From assembly GCA_937625935.1 (NCBI GenBank), contig OW569345.1:62001-126000 (forward strand): 64,000 nucleotides of DNA, given 5' to 3'. The translations under genes were made by a program, and so were the position numbers. Numbering within the stretch: position 1 is the stretch's first letter; every line of letters begins with the position of its first letter. This document shows positions 1-9,761 of the stretch, piece after piece. The DNA comes from Tetramitus jugosus (taxonomy: Eukaryota > Protista > Heterolobosea). A model generated the notes under the pieces. That model had not been told where the DNA came from. It did not search any database and saw nothing but the letters and a program-made list of their open reading frames with translations.

Positions 1-50
1 ACTTTCACTTGTCAAATAACACGAAAAACAAAGAAAACCAAGAATCAAAC

Positions 51-1436
51 ATGTTACAGGTTCACATTGACAGAGCGTACAATATTGAAGCAAAGGATCT
101 CAATGGCAAGAGCGATCCCTATGTCAAGATTAAAATCAAGAGTCAAGGCACACAGAAAAAAGTGGCAAAGACAAAGATTATCTATAAGACGTTGGATCCT
201 GTTTGGGACGAGACGTTTGATATTGAGGTGCCAAAAGGTGATAATGACGCGGTGATTTCGTTTGAGTTGGTAGACTATGATCGATTCAACCAGAATGATC
301 ATATTGATACGGTGGAGATTAAATTGAACAAGCTACCAAGGAATTCAAAGTGTCAAAGTATGTTTTCACTAGATTTGTGTTGAAGAGAATGTGACGAGAG
401 TGCACATTTATTCTAATACTCGATCATTGTTTCTATATAGAGGTGTTCCGAGTCGCTAGTACTTCACCAGAGCTCGTTGGAACGTTAATTGTCGGATTTA
501 CCACCAAAGATTGTGGAACAGAGTTGATTTCAGGTGAGCAAAAGTTGGAGGATTTGCGCAGTAGAATGAGCTTTTTGAGCACATTCGAGATGTTTGGTGT
601 AAAGTCAACTGGGAATTTGGTTGCTGATTATAAGAGCTTCAAGAGTGCATTGGCCGATTGGAGAGACAAAGAGCTCACCATGGAGAGAGTTGCCACCTTG
701 ACCTTCCATTCCTATGACAGTGGAGCAAAGGGATATTTGACCTCTGATGATTTGGCACGTTTGGCCGATCACATGTTTGCTTTCATGCCTGCTCAGCAAA
801 GAGCAAACAATGCAAAGAGAATTTTACAAAAGTGGCAGGAGAAACACAATGCAGACAAGGACGAATTTGTCAATCCAGAGGAGTTTGCTACATTGGTCAC
901 CGAAATTCTTAAGCCTAATAGTTTCAAGAACAAGGAACCAATATCTGCCATTGGCCAAGCACAGGATATCGAACAGTTCAGACAACAAGTAAGGACATTA
1001 TTGCAACTTGTGGGCAGCCCTGATCTTTATCATGCCGTTTCCAATCCAAAGGACAATTGCACCAAGCCATTCAGTATTCCAAATGAAGTACCTCCTCAAG
1101 ACCAATCCAAGTTCAAGAGTGATCTCGCATATGCCTTCTTTTACTATTATCACAGTTTGTTGATTGATGATATTGAACCGGCAGATTCGGTCAACAACTG
1201 GAGAATGAGCGTTGCTGACTTCTATAACTTTATCGGTAACACGAGCAACAAGCTGAAGAACAGTATGTACATTTGAATCGTTTTCACAAATATGCACTCA
1301 GAATGCAGTGTTAGCTAACAACACACGTGTTTTGTTATTATGTTCAGTTCAAATCAAACAAGGTTGGGACAGCTATTCCCTGAGTGATTTCAAACAAGAG
1401 TTCTCCAAGCTGGATGAGTTCAACTTGGAGGAGTAG
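51..1436 (+). CDS. C2-domain and EF-hand calcium-binding protein (3 exons: 51-357, 441-1262, 1348-1436)
   Basis: C2 motifs (DLNGKSDPYV, KTLDPVWDETF, DYDRFNQND) and EF-hand-like loops (YDSGAKGYLTSDDL, NADKDEFVNPEEF). GTATGT..AG introns 358-440 and 1263-1347 join the frames and lead to TAG at 1434-1436. Confidence 0.85.
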
Positions 1437-1750
1437 AAGATTCAACGTTGTATGCTCCACTCCGTAAAAACGGTTCCCTTTGTTCTATCCGGTAACAGGC
1501 CTGCTTATGTATACTGGGCCGTAAATGCTCTCGTGATATAATTAGTCACGAATCAAATCTTTTCTTGTTGACTCAATGAAATTCATTCCTAAACAGGGAA
1601 AGAAAACCTTGCGAAGCTTATTCTTCAACAGCAGTGAACACCTCAAACTGAACACATCAACAACTCAACTAACCTGGAGAAAACAGCAAAGCAAGCAGAG
1701 AAAAACCAACAAGAACAACAGCAACAACAAACAACCACTATAGTATCACC

Positions 1751-4700
1751 ATGAGTCACTACAACAAGAACTACGCATCAACCAGCTACAACAGCTACAA
1801 CAGCTACAACAGCTACAACAATGAATACAGCTCTGATCCCTTTGGTAATCAATACTTTCACTTTGGTTTCGGTGTTGACACTGGATTGAAGGCAGAGTTG
1901 GGACTGACAGACTTGTCTAGTCCCCTGTACAGCAACGAAAACAAGAGCTCTTCTTATGAAGAATTGGACAAGCAAAAGGGTCCACTCCATGAATTCAAAG
2001 CTAAAGTATCGAGCAAGTCAGAGATGAGTCCCACTCTGGGAAGAGGATTCGATGATTCACCCATTCCAGATCAATCAGTCTTCTCTCCTACCAACTCGAA
2101 CAGCAACAGACGAAGGAATGCCTACTAGGAGTGTGTGTGAACGACTGACCCATCACTCAACCCACACTACTAGGTGTTTTACAGATAGAAGTGACTCTGA
2201 GAGTCTTCAGATTACCTGATTCGACACGTCCATCCATACTGTACATAGAGAAATAAACCATATTCAACCTTCCATCAAAAAACTCCGATCTTTTTGTCTA
2301 TTCTTACATCAGAAATGGGCACTTGTTCACTTGGTTGCAACAATGGTCAAACCAAGCTCTTCAACTTATCGGACATTTGGACATATCTCCGTGGTGCTGG
2401 ATGCTCCACCGCTGTGAAAAACGCCGTCAAGTTTTTTTGACCAACAAGAAAGCAAAAACAAACTACTTTCAGCAATCGTTATTTCAGGACCCAAGAAGAC
2501 ATTTCATGACTATTGAGAATGCAGAAACAGACCAATTTTAACCCAGTGAGTGATTCAAGACTCAACTATTGGAGAGAAGACTTGGATTGCACCAGAACAA
2601 GATCAAGAGGATGAAGACGATAACAACAGTGATGACGATCATGATGAAAATAAGAATGAGTCATCTTCTGCCAGCTCCAACGGTTGCAAATCGTGATAAA
2701 ACCAAGAGAGAAACAAAGAATAGAACTAGCCGGAGTTTCTCAACGGGCACGACGAGTGCAGGGCGCAAATGTTTCTCCAAACATTCGTTTCCAGTGGAGA
2801 CGAGGGCAGTGAAGCATCGGACCGGTCACACAATAGTGTTGATCAGGATGATGATAGCACTGGAGCAACAGTGTCTTCTTCGACGACTCCTACCTTCAAT
2901 GCTACTATTAGTTCCTTGGTCACACGGCGTCCGTCTTCTACTTCTCAAGAACCCTTAGGAAACAGTGACAACAGTGATGATGCATTCTCTGCATCCGCAC
3001 CCATCAATGTCGACAATGTAGATAAGAAGGAGAAGTGTTGCTCCTGTTCCTTCTTCAACATGTTTGTCAACAGTTCACTCCTGATACAACCTATTTCAAG
3101 AGCATGTGCACTCAATTGTTAGAGTATGGCTATCTGTCTGATTCTCGATCTTGGTCACAATTGTCTAAAGTCTGTGTGCAAGGACTTTATGCTTGATGTT
3201 ATTTCAAATTGGCCAGCCTTTTCCGAAGCGGCTCCACAAGGTGAGATTACAGAAGGAGCCGCCTCGAAATCAAAGCTCCGGAGATCGGAATCTGTTGGTT
3301 CCTTCCTCTCTGGTCTCGGAAGAGACATGGAAATGTCAAGAAGAGGAAATCTACTCGTGTCATCAACAGAGCTTCCATTCTTTGATTTCATGTTTTACTC
3401 AACTTCTCGATTCAAGCAAGATTGGGGCAGCAAGGCTAAGCTAGGAAAGGGAGCCATTGGTTCTGTATTTCGGTCACGTCATCGCATCGATGGTCATGAA
3501 TATGCCATCAAGAGAATCAAGTTCTGTTTCCGAAATAAGCTCGAACTTGAACAAACATACGCAAAGGTTATTCGTGAGGTGAAGTTGTTGGCAAGCTTGG
3601 ATCATCCGAATATCGTGCGATACAATAAAGCATGGTTCGAACCTAGTTGGAAAGATCCTGACTATGGCGAGCCAGAAAACAGCGATGACGATGAAGAGGA
3701 TGACTTTGATTCAGAGAAAGTGGATGATTTCGAATCCAACATCAACGATGGAAGCACTGTCAATAGTGGAAGCAGTGGATTTGCTAATATAGGTGTTGAT
3801 GCAAATATCAAGAGGGCCAATGACGATTGTGCGAATAATGTTCAGTTTAGTTTTGATGAAGAGGCTGACCCTGCTTCTCCCTTCACCCCGAGCATGCCGC
3901 TCAATTCAGATAACGTCAAGTTTGAATGTTCAAGTGATGGCGATTCTGTAATTAGTCTTGTTCAACTACCCGAAGAGCCACACCCATACGACAAGTATCA
4001 ATCATCATTTATTGCTCCTTCCCCACAGGATATGAGCTACCTAGAATATGCCATCAAACAGAAGCAACAAGGAACAGCAACCAGACAACCAATAGTTCCT
4101 CACCGCTCCATAACTGAAAAGGTGACTAATCCCCAGCTGTTGTTGACAATTCAGTTCAGCAAGCAGTCAAGAATCTATTGGCCGAAATGTTCAACGAGAA
4201 GAAGAACAAGTTCGAAATGTTTTTATATATTCAATGCAACTGTGTCAACAGAATACGTTGGAGGATTACATGTGGAATCAAAATCGTGTCCAACAATGCG
4301 TTGTAGATTATGGTCAATGCATGAACTTTTTCAAGCAAATTGCCGAGGGTGTTGCCTACATTCACAGCAAGGAGCTTATGCATCGAGATCTCAAGCCAAA
4401 AAATGTATTTATTACCAATGATAACATTTTCAAGATTGGAGACTTTGGCTTGGCTAAATCAGTGAGAGACAACCTTGCTCACACAAAGTTCAACAAACAT
4501 GGCACAGAACATGGTGACAAACAAATTGTTCAACGGTCTCAGAGTCCAATTGGATCAGATTTATCGGAGCACACATGCTTCACCAGAACAATATGCCACA
4601 TCCATGTATGATGATAAGGCAGATGTGTTCACCCAGTCTGGGTGTCATTCTTTTTGAGATGTTGCATCCATTTGCTACAAAATCTGAGCGAGCTCACATA

Positions 4701-5033
4701 TTGACTGGTCTACGGTCAGGCAAGATCCCAGATTCTAAGCAAGAGAAATATCCTGAGGAGATGGAGCTTGTGAAGAGGTGTATCGATTCAGCTCCAATGT
4801 CACGTCCAACAGCGAGAGAAGTCCTCACCATAACAAAGGGCATCCTGTTGCGTAAGCAGAAGAGAAACGTGAATGGACAAAAGTCATACGCGCATCTCGA
4901 CAGCAGTGTGAACATCACTCACATTGCCCAAACGAACGACGAAGTTGTCACTACGAAACCAGTGACCAACGACTTGGATGTTCGAATGTTATTACAACAA
5001 AAGGATGATGAGATTATGCAACTTAGAGCATGA
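1751..5033 (+). pseudogene. HRI/EIF2AK1-like eIF2-alpha kinase, multiply frameshifted and apparently interrupted at its 3' end
   Basis: Motifs LGKGAIGSVF, YAIKRI, REVKLLASLDHPNIVRYNKAWFE, a long acidic insert, LYIQ(M)QLC, HRDLKPKN, KIGDFGLA, ASPEQ, SLGVILFEM and a C-terminal coiled coil are spread over several frames. An HRI-like N-terminal helix motif (LLLFLLQHVCQQ...FKSMCTQLLEYGYL) lies at ~3036-3140 in a frame the ORF track does not list. Confidence 0.8.
1783..1820 (+). repeat. 9-bp tandem repeat (CAGCTACAA)x4, encoding SYN repeats
   Basis: Directly visible in the sequence. Confidence 0.9.
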
Positions 5034-5034
5034 T

Positions 5035-5844
5035 TTATTCAATAAAAACATCAGTATCTTGCAACCGGTCAGTCACAACCAATGGAGGTGGTGCAATCTT
5101 TTCACACAACCTCTGGATCAACGCTCCTTCATAGCTGGTGATGGGCAGTGACGAGATACAGCTTGAGTGGCCCATGTCAAAACATACAAGTTTTTCAGTG
5201 GCCATGTAAACACCATACTGAATTCTACCCAACCTCAGGTAGTTACTCAGCTTGCAGGATGTTTCTGGCACAATGCAAGTGAAAGAAGTGGTGCCGTGTT
5301 CTTCCAAAAACTGCTGTCCCGCGCGAATTTCCCTGATGTCCGTGCAGAGAAGACTCACAGTCTCCTGTGTCTCCACTTCCAACTGCATTTTTGCGTAAGT
5401 AACAAAGTGCACAACCCTGTGGGGATAACGATCAAGTAGTGTGAGGAGCTTGGGACACGCGCTGCAATTGGACTTGAACAATCCATTGTTGTGGGTGCAC
5501 CGTTTCCTAACAACATAATAAAGAAAAGAGGTTAGATACTTCAATCGTTGTATGTCATTCAATACAACCAAACCAAATTTTAAGATATCCACAACATCTT
5601 CAAGATTTTTCCCCGCCAGCGAGCATGATACTCCGCTAAATTCCCTAACGGCGAGACATAGGATGGCAATCTTTCTTTCATTGAAAGACAAGGGTAAGCG
5701 AGGAGTCATTGTAATCACACCCATCGAGTCTGGAGTATCTTCCCTTTCAAATCGAAATGTCTTTCTCGTTCCATCATCCAATTCAACAACAACTGACGTG
5801 AGAGCCAGCGCATTTTTGCGGAGAAATAGGTTCAATTTTTTCAT
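5035..5844 (-). CDS. Orphan element-associated protein (ORF-L, ~269 aa), divergent from the transposase
   Basis: Intact intronless ORF; first ATG at 5844 (MKKLNLFL...). It has a Cys/His cluster (CTH...CSAC) and no recognised domain. Confidence 0.6.
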   Translation of the reverse strand: MKKLNLFLRKNALALTSVVVELDDGTRKTFRFEREDTPDSMGVITMTPRLPLSFNERKIAILCLAVREFSGVSCSLAGKNLEDVVDILKFGLVVLNDIQRLKYLTSFLYYVVRKRCTHNNGLFKSNCSACPKLLTLLDRYPHRVVHFVTYAKMQLEVETQETVSLLCTDIREIRAGQQFLEEHGTTSFTCIVPETSCKLSNYLRLGRIQYGVYMATEKLVCFDMGHSSCISSLPITSYEGALIQRLCEKIAPPPLVVTDRLQDTDVFIE

Positions 5845-5973
5845 TGCACTTGTTTTTTCATCAAGTGCGAGTAGGAAAATCCCACGAATCAGCGATGTGG
5901 GAGTTTTACACAAAGAAATTGTTGTATTCAAACAAATTTATAGCTTGGAAATAGAAGAATCGAGTAACCTACT

Positions 5974-8688
5974 ATGACAATCAACGACCAACTCCTACAG
6001 GAAGGCATTTTTGGTCCTGTCTATTCTACAAATGGTCAAATCTACGATATTACCAGTATCATGACTCAGAGAAGCCAATTTCCTTCGGAAACTAGAGAAT
6101 TTCGGCAGTATGCAAAAAGGTTCTTGCAAGAGATAGACTCATCATGGTCAGTGACAGGTGGAAGATACTACGTTTCATTGCGGGGGGTATTGCGAGTGGC
6201 ATGTAAATGTCGTTTATTCTCAATACTGGATGGATTTGCAGATTATTTTGAATCGAGTCATACTCCTAATGTTGCCACCGTCGCTAGATACTCCTCATTA
6301 GATCCCATTGATATTAGTAACATATTTTCGACAATAGAGACAGTGGGGTCGAGTTCCGGTGTGGGTATCCATAATATATTGCCCAATCGCCGATCAGAAA
6401 CTTCTAGATTAAATCGACTTAGAAGAAAAATTGTTGTCGCTCTTGTGGATATTTGCAAGCCCTATCAATCCCGAAACATGCAAGAATATCCTATTCAACA
6501 GGCTATTCTGGATATATTAATAATGTTCCTCAGTGGAAATACAGCATCTATCAAATCAAATGATTTAGTGACTGGTATTATCAATGCCCTGTGTGCTAAT
6601 TATGAAAACAGAGTCCTATCTATTCGGTTGAAGGAGATCGACAATCAATTGAAAACAATGAAAAAAGAAGCAGCATTCATGAAAAGCTATTGCAATCTCA
6701 CAGACATGCAATGGTTAAAATTGAGGTACTTCTTTGTCAAAAAGAGGAAGAATATGATATTTGTCACACCCTTCCCAACGACGATATGCGGTGCAAATTT
6801 ATACTGTCCATTTGTTAGCTTGAAGAAGGTGAAAGAGGGGGAGAATCATATCAAAGAGACTCTTTACAAACGAATGCCGCTTGGACAGATGCCGACAAAG
6901 GGCCGTGGCTTTGTTTTTACGCTAGATGATTTCACGAAATTAATCAACAAGTTCGAACAATGGAAAGATTCCAAAGTTCCTGTGGAAACAAAAAGTCATA
7001 CATGTCAACAGTTCGAAGAAGTCATGCGCTTTCATGATATTATCCCAAGCATGCTATCGAATAGCTTTTCGATGAACGAGGACGGAACCATTGCCATTAA
7101 GTTGAAGAAGTATTCTTGGCTTTTCAGCTGCGATACAAAACGAACGATGCCGTTTTCATCAAAGGAATTCCGAAAGGATAAAACTTTGGCTTGCTTGTTC
7201 CCACTATTTCTTGGAAACGCAAGACCCTCCTTTTATATGTTCACGATTATTGCATACATGGAATTAACAGAAACCCAAAATAACATGCAGTGGTTGAATC
7301 GATACTTGTTCGAAAACTACTTTGATGCGTTCAAGAAATACTATTTGTTGGTACAACGATGTGATGGAACTCGCGAACTAGTGTTGTTCGATCTGTTCTT
7401 ATGTTCAGATTACAAAGAACTGGCAGCGTTCTTTGGGGAGCTCACGAAATCATGTCTTGGGTGTGAACATGATTTGGACAATAATCTTATTGGTCGCATC
7501 AAAACTCTCAATGACTACCCTTCCTCAGCATCTAAAACGTATGGACCAGATCGGGTAGTCTTTGACATAACACATTGTTGCTCAGCAATAGGGAAAAGCT
7601 TGCGAGATCAGATTGTACATGATGCGATAGCAACAGACAAGTACCAATTTGTTCAACGTTTAAGGGACACTCCAGTATATCAGCAATACCTGCTAACTGG
7701 AGATGCTTATAGTTGCGAGATCGAAGATTATCAGTCATTTTTCCGGATATGCGAGGAGTATAACTACTCGTACAGTGTGTCTAACATTTTTGAGTCGGCA
7801 AATATCTTGTGTTCATTATTGAGTGAACGTACTTCAACTGTACTGCCAACAGTGTTTCCAACCCTCATGATGGTTCAACAACTGCTCGATAGATTAGGCA
7901 TTAACTTCGATGTTTTGTCTGAAAAAACAGCGACAAAGAGAATCATGACTCCATGCTACGCTGCTTCCTTAGTTCTGTTGATATGGCCAAAAATTGAATC
8001 AATGATTAAGAGTAATGATTGTGTTTCAAAACTGGCTATGCGCAAATGGATAGAAGCAATGAAAAGTCATTGCCCAACTCAAGATCAAGTTTCAAAAGTG
8101 AAGTACTGGGCTTCAGTTGCATTTGATGATTGGTCTTTCTTCAAAAAGAGAACATATCGTATGTTATCCAAGCATATCACAAATACTTTCATCGATGGTG
8201 TCAATAGCGGGTTGTTGCCATGGAAAATGAATACAGAAGGAATAGAACGTCTTAACTTTATGACGAGTAATACCAAAACAAATCGCCGCACTCTTGACGA
8301 TACAACGTTAGCTCCCTTTTTGAACGGTACAGAAGAATTTCAAGATTTGGTATTGGATGAAGACAATGAAATATCGGATAATCATCTGGGACCACATTAC
8401 CTACTCCAGGTGTTGTCTAAATTTGATGTCCGATGTGAAGCACACAAGAACTACGATAGAACTCATAGTGAGTCTCTTACAACGACAAGAGTCAAGAGGC
8501 TTAGTCAGAGATTGGATAAGAATAATGTATTACAGTGGTCGCTGTTTGATCAGGGTATAGTTGAACAACTAAATTCTCAAGTTTCTAATCTCCGACATGG
8601 CATTAGACCAATTCGAGATGAACAGATGGAGGATACTTATCAGGTTGAATCAGATAGAGCTGACCTTGTCGAGAATAGTTGGGCATAG
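5974..8688 (+). CDS. RAG1/Transib/Chapaev-like DDE transposase (904 aa)
   Basis: Ordered motifs: AAFMKSYCNLTDMQWLKLR (aa 233-251), FSCD387, LTE433TQNNM, FLCSD479YKELAAFFG..C494xxC497, D531ITH534, H734, NTEGIE758RLN. These match mouse RAG1 D600, E662, D708, C727/C730, H795, H942 and E962 in order and context. Confidence 0.8.
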   Translation: MTINDQLLQEGIFGPVYSTNGQIYDITSIMTQRSQFPSETREFRQYAKRFLQEIDSSWSVTGGRYYVSLRGVLRVACKCRLFSILDGFADYFESSHTPNVATVARYSSLDPIDISNIFSTIETVGSSSGVGIHNILPNRRSETSRLNRLRRKIVVALVDICKPYQSRNMQEYPIQQAILDILIMFLSGNTASIKSNDLVTGIINALCANYENRVLSIRLKEIDNQLKTMKKEAAFMKSYCNLTDMQWLKLRYFFVKKRKNMIFVTPFPTTICGANLYCPFVSLKKVKEGENHIKETLYKRMPLGQMPTKGRGFVFTLDDFTKLINKFEQWKDSKVPVETKSHTCQQFEEVMRFHDIIPSMLSNSFSMNEDGTIAIKLKKYSWLFSCDTKRTMPFSSKEFRKDKTLACLFPLFLGNARPSFYMFTIIAYMELTETQNNMQWLNRYLFENYFDAFKKYYLLVQRCDGTRELVLFDLFLCSDYKELAAFFGELTKSCLGCEHDLDNNLIGRIKTLNDYPSSASKTYGPDRVVFDITHCCSAIGKSLRDQIVHDAIATDKYQFVQRLRDTPVYQQYLLTGDAYSCEIEDYQSFFRICEEYNYSYSVSNIFESANILCSLLSERTSTVLPTVFPTLMMVQQLLDRLGINFDVLSEKTATKRIMTPCYAASLVLLIWPKIESMIKSNDCVSKLAMRKWIEAMKSHCPTQDQVSKVKYWASVAFDDWSFFKKRTYRMLSKHITNTFIDGVNSGLLPWKMNTEGIERLNFMTSNTKTNRRTLDDTTLAPFLNGTEEFQDLVLDEDNEISDNHLGPHYLLQVLSKFDVRCEAHKNYDRTHSESLTTTRVKRLSQRLDKNNVLQWSLFDQGIVEQLNSQVSNLRHGIRPIRDEQMEDTYQVESDRADLVENSWA

Positions 8689-8693
8689 TTAAT

Positions 8694-9440
8694 TTATTTT
8701 TTGTATTGTTTTCTCGTGTTTTTTAAGCTAATGCTTTCACCAGCCTTGATGCTACAGTAATTAAGTATTGGTCGTCCATGGCAATCCTTAATGAAGAGCC
8801 GAAACTTCAACCGCAATCCCAAATCTCCATTCATACCATTGTGAAAATAAATATATAGTGGAGCACGGGAAGTACAATTGGTTCCATCCTTCCAGGTGCG
8901 CAGAGGGTAATTCTGTCCAAAACAAGAGCGAAACATTTGATAGTTGGAGATAACTCTCTGTCGTTCAATGTCCGATCGAACTATTTTCCTTTGTAAAATA
9001 GCTCGAGGCAAATGTCCAAACAAGTGATCAAACACTTGCTTCGTCATCGGTACAGTGCTAGTGGTGACAAAGTCGTCATAGGGATGAGCTTTCCTCATTG
9101 TGGATATCATTTGAATGATCGTTGTTCGCAATTGAAATTTGAGTTCAAAAGCCAAAAATTCATCCACCTTTGGAATAGGATTTCGTTCAATAATTAACTC
9201 CTTTTGGTGTGTTCGCAAGCGAACGACAGCATCTTCGAAACTTGCTTGCACCAGGTCTCTGAAGAAACTGTCTCTTTCGTCGTTGGTGTTCAAATCATAG
9301 TTCCTTTCAGTCATCTGCTTGTATTTTTCATAAACACTGATGATGGAGACATCGTGACTTTCCCACTGCATTTGCTGGTTTTCACAAAGAGGAAAGCGCG
9401 TCATCAACGTTCCAATACTGGGATCAAGCTCGTGTAACAT
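8694..9440 (-). CDS. Orphan element-associated protein (ORF-R, 248 aa), convergent with the transposase
   Basis: Intact intronless ORF whose stop lies 5 nt from the transposase stop; basic C-terminus; no recognised domain. Confidence 0.6.
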   Translation of the reverse strand: MLHELDPSIGTLMTRFPLCENQQMQWESHDVSIISVYEKYKQMTERNYDLNTNDERDSFFRDLVQASFEDAVVRLRTHQKELIIERNPIPKVDEFLAFELKFQLRTTIIQMISTMRKAHPYDDFVTTSTVPMTKQVFDHLFGHLPRAILQRKIVRSDIERQRVISNYQMFRSCFGQNYPLRTWKDGTNCTSRAPLYIYFHNGMNGDLGLRLKFRLFIKDCHGRPILNYCSIKAGESISLKNTRKQYKK

Positions 9441-9571
9441 AGTTGTGTTCTTTTACAGCTCCACCTCTCCAATCAAAGCCATTCATGTTGTGTCGTTGTT
9501 TTGCTTGGATTCCTTTATTTTTGAAAGAGGGACCCTCTATTTTTCGAATGCTGCACGGACTTTCAAAATGA

Positions 9572-9643
9572 ATTGAAGAGAGAAGACACTACAAGATGTT
9601 GATGTCTCTTCCGTCCGAAGAGTCAACACTTCCATCTACCTGA
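9572..9643 (+). pseudogene. Probable displaced 3' tail of the eIF2-alpha kinase
   Basis: Reads IEERRHYKMLMSLPSEESTLPST*, which continues the coiled coil ...QQKDDEIMQLRA in frame if the island and one ATGA are removed. Confidence 0.45.
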
Positions 9644-9761
9644 TCTGCATGGGCTAGGCTGACTGGCGCTTCAGTTGAGGAACTTCCAGATCAAAAAAAC
9701 GAAAAAAAGCTTAGCGTCGAAAACACAACCAAACATCCAATAAGAAAAAGTATTAAAGCAA

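Larger units (their letters stand above)
5034..9567. mobile_element. Putative three-gene DNA transposon encoding a RAG1/Transib/Chapaev-like DDE transposase
   Basis: A transposase ORF plus two intronless orphan ORFs. The host kinase frame stops at the left edge and appears to resume at the right edge. Candidate 4-bp target-site duplication ATGA (5030-5033 and 9568-9571); an ATT 3-bp duplication is an alternative. No clear TIRs, so the boundaries are approximate. Confidence 0.7.

Noticed and set aside
1751-5033. Stop-codon reassignment or programmed frameshifting as the cause of the broken kinase
   Set aside because: Other genes end at standard stop codons, and the lesions are mixed indels that include loss of a conserved motif.
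5338-5347. GTCCGTGCAG, an exact inverse of CTGCACGGAC at 9551-9560, as a possible TIR
   Set aside because: Only 10 bp, does not extend, and lies 300 bp inside the intact ORF-L; compatible with chance.
8694-9440. ORF-R as a RAG2 homologue because of its ProtoRAG-like convergent position
   Set aside because: No kelch GG motifs or PHD finger are visible; position alone is not evidence.
9587-9596. CACTACAAGA, resembling the En/Spm (CACTA) terminus
   Set aside because: It points away from the element, has no inverted partner that I could find, and lies in the putative kinase tail codons (H-Y-K). A similar string occurs at the kinase start, so it is likely chance.
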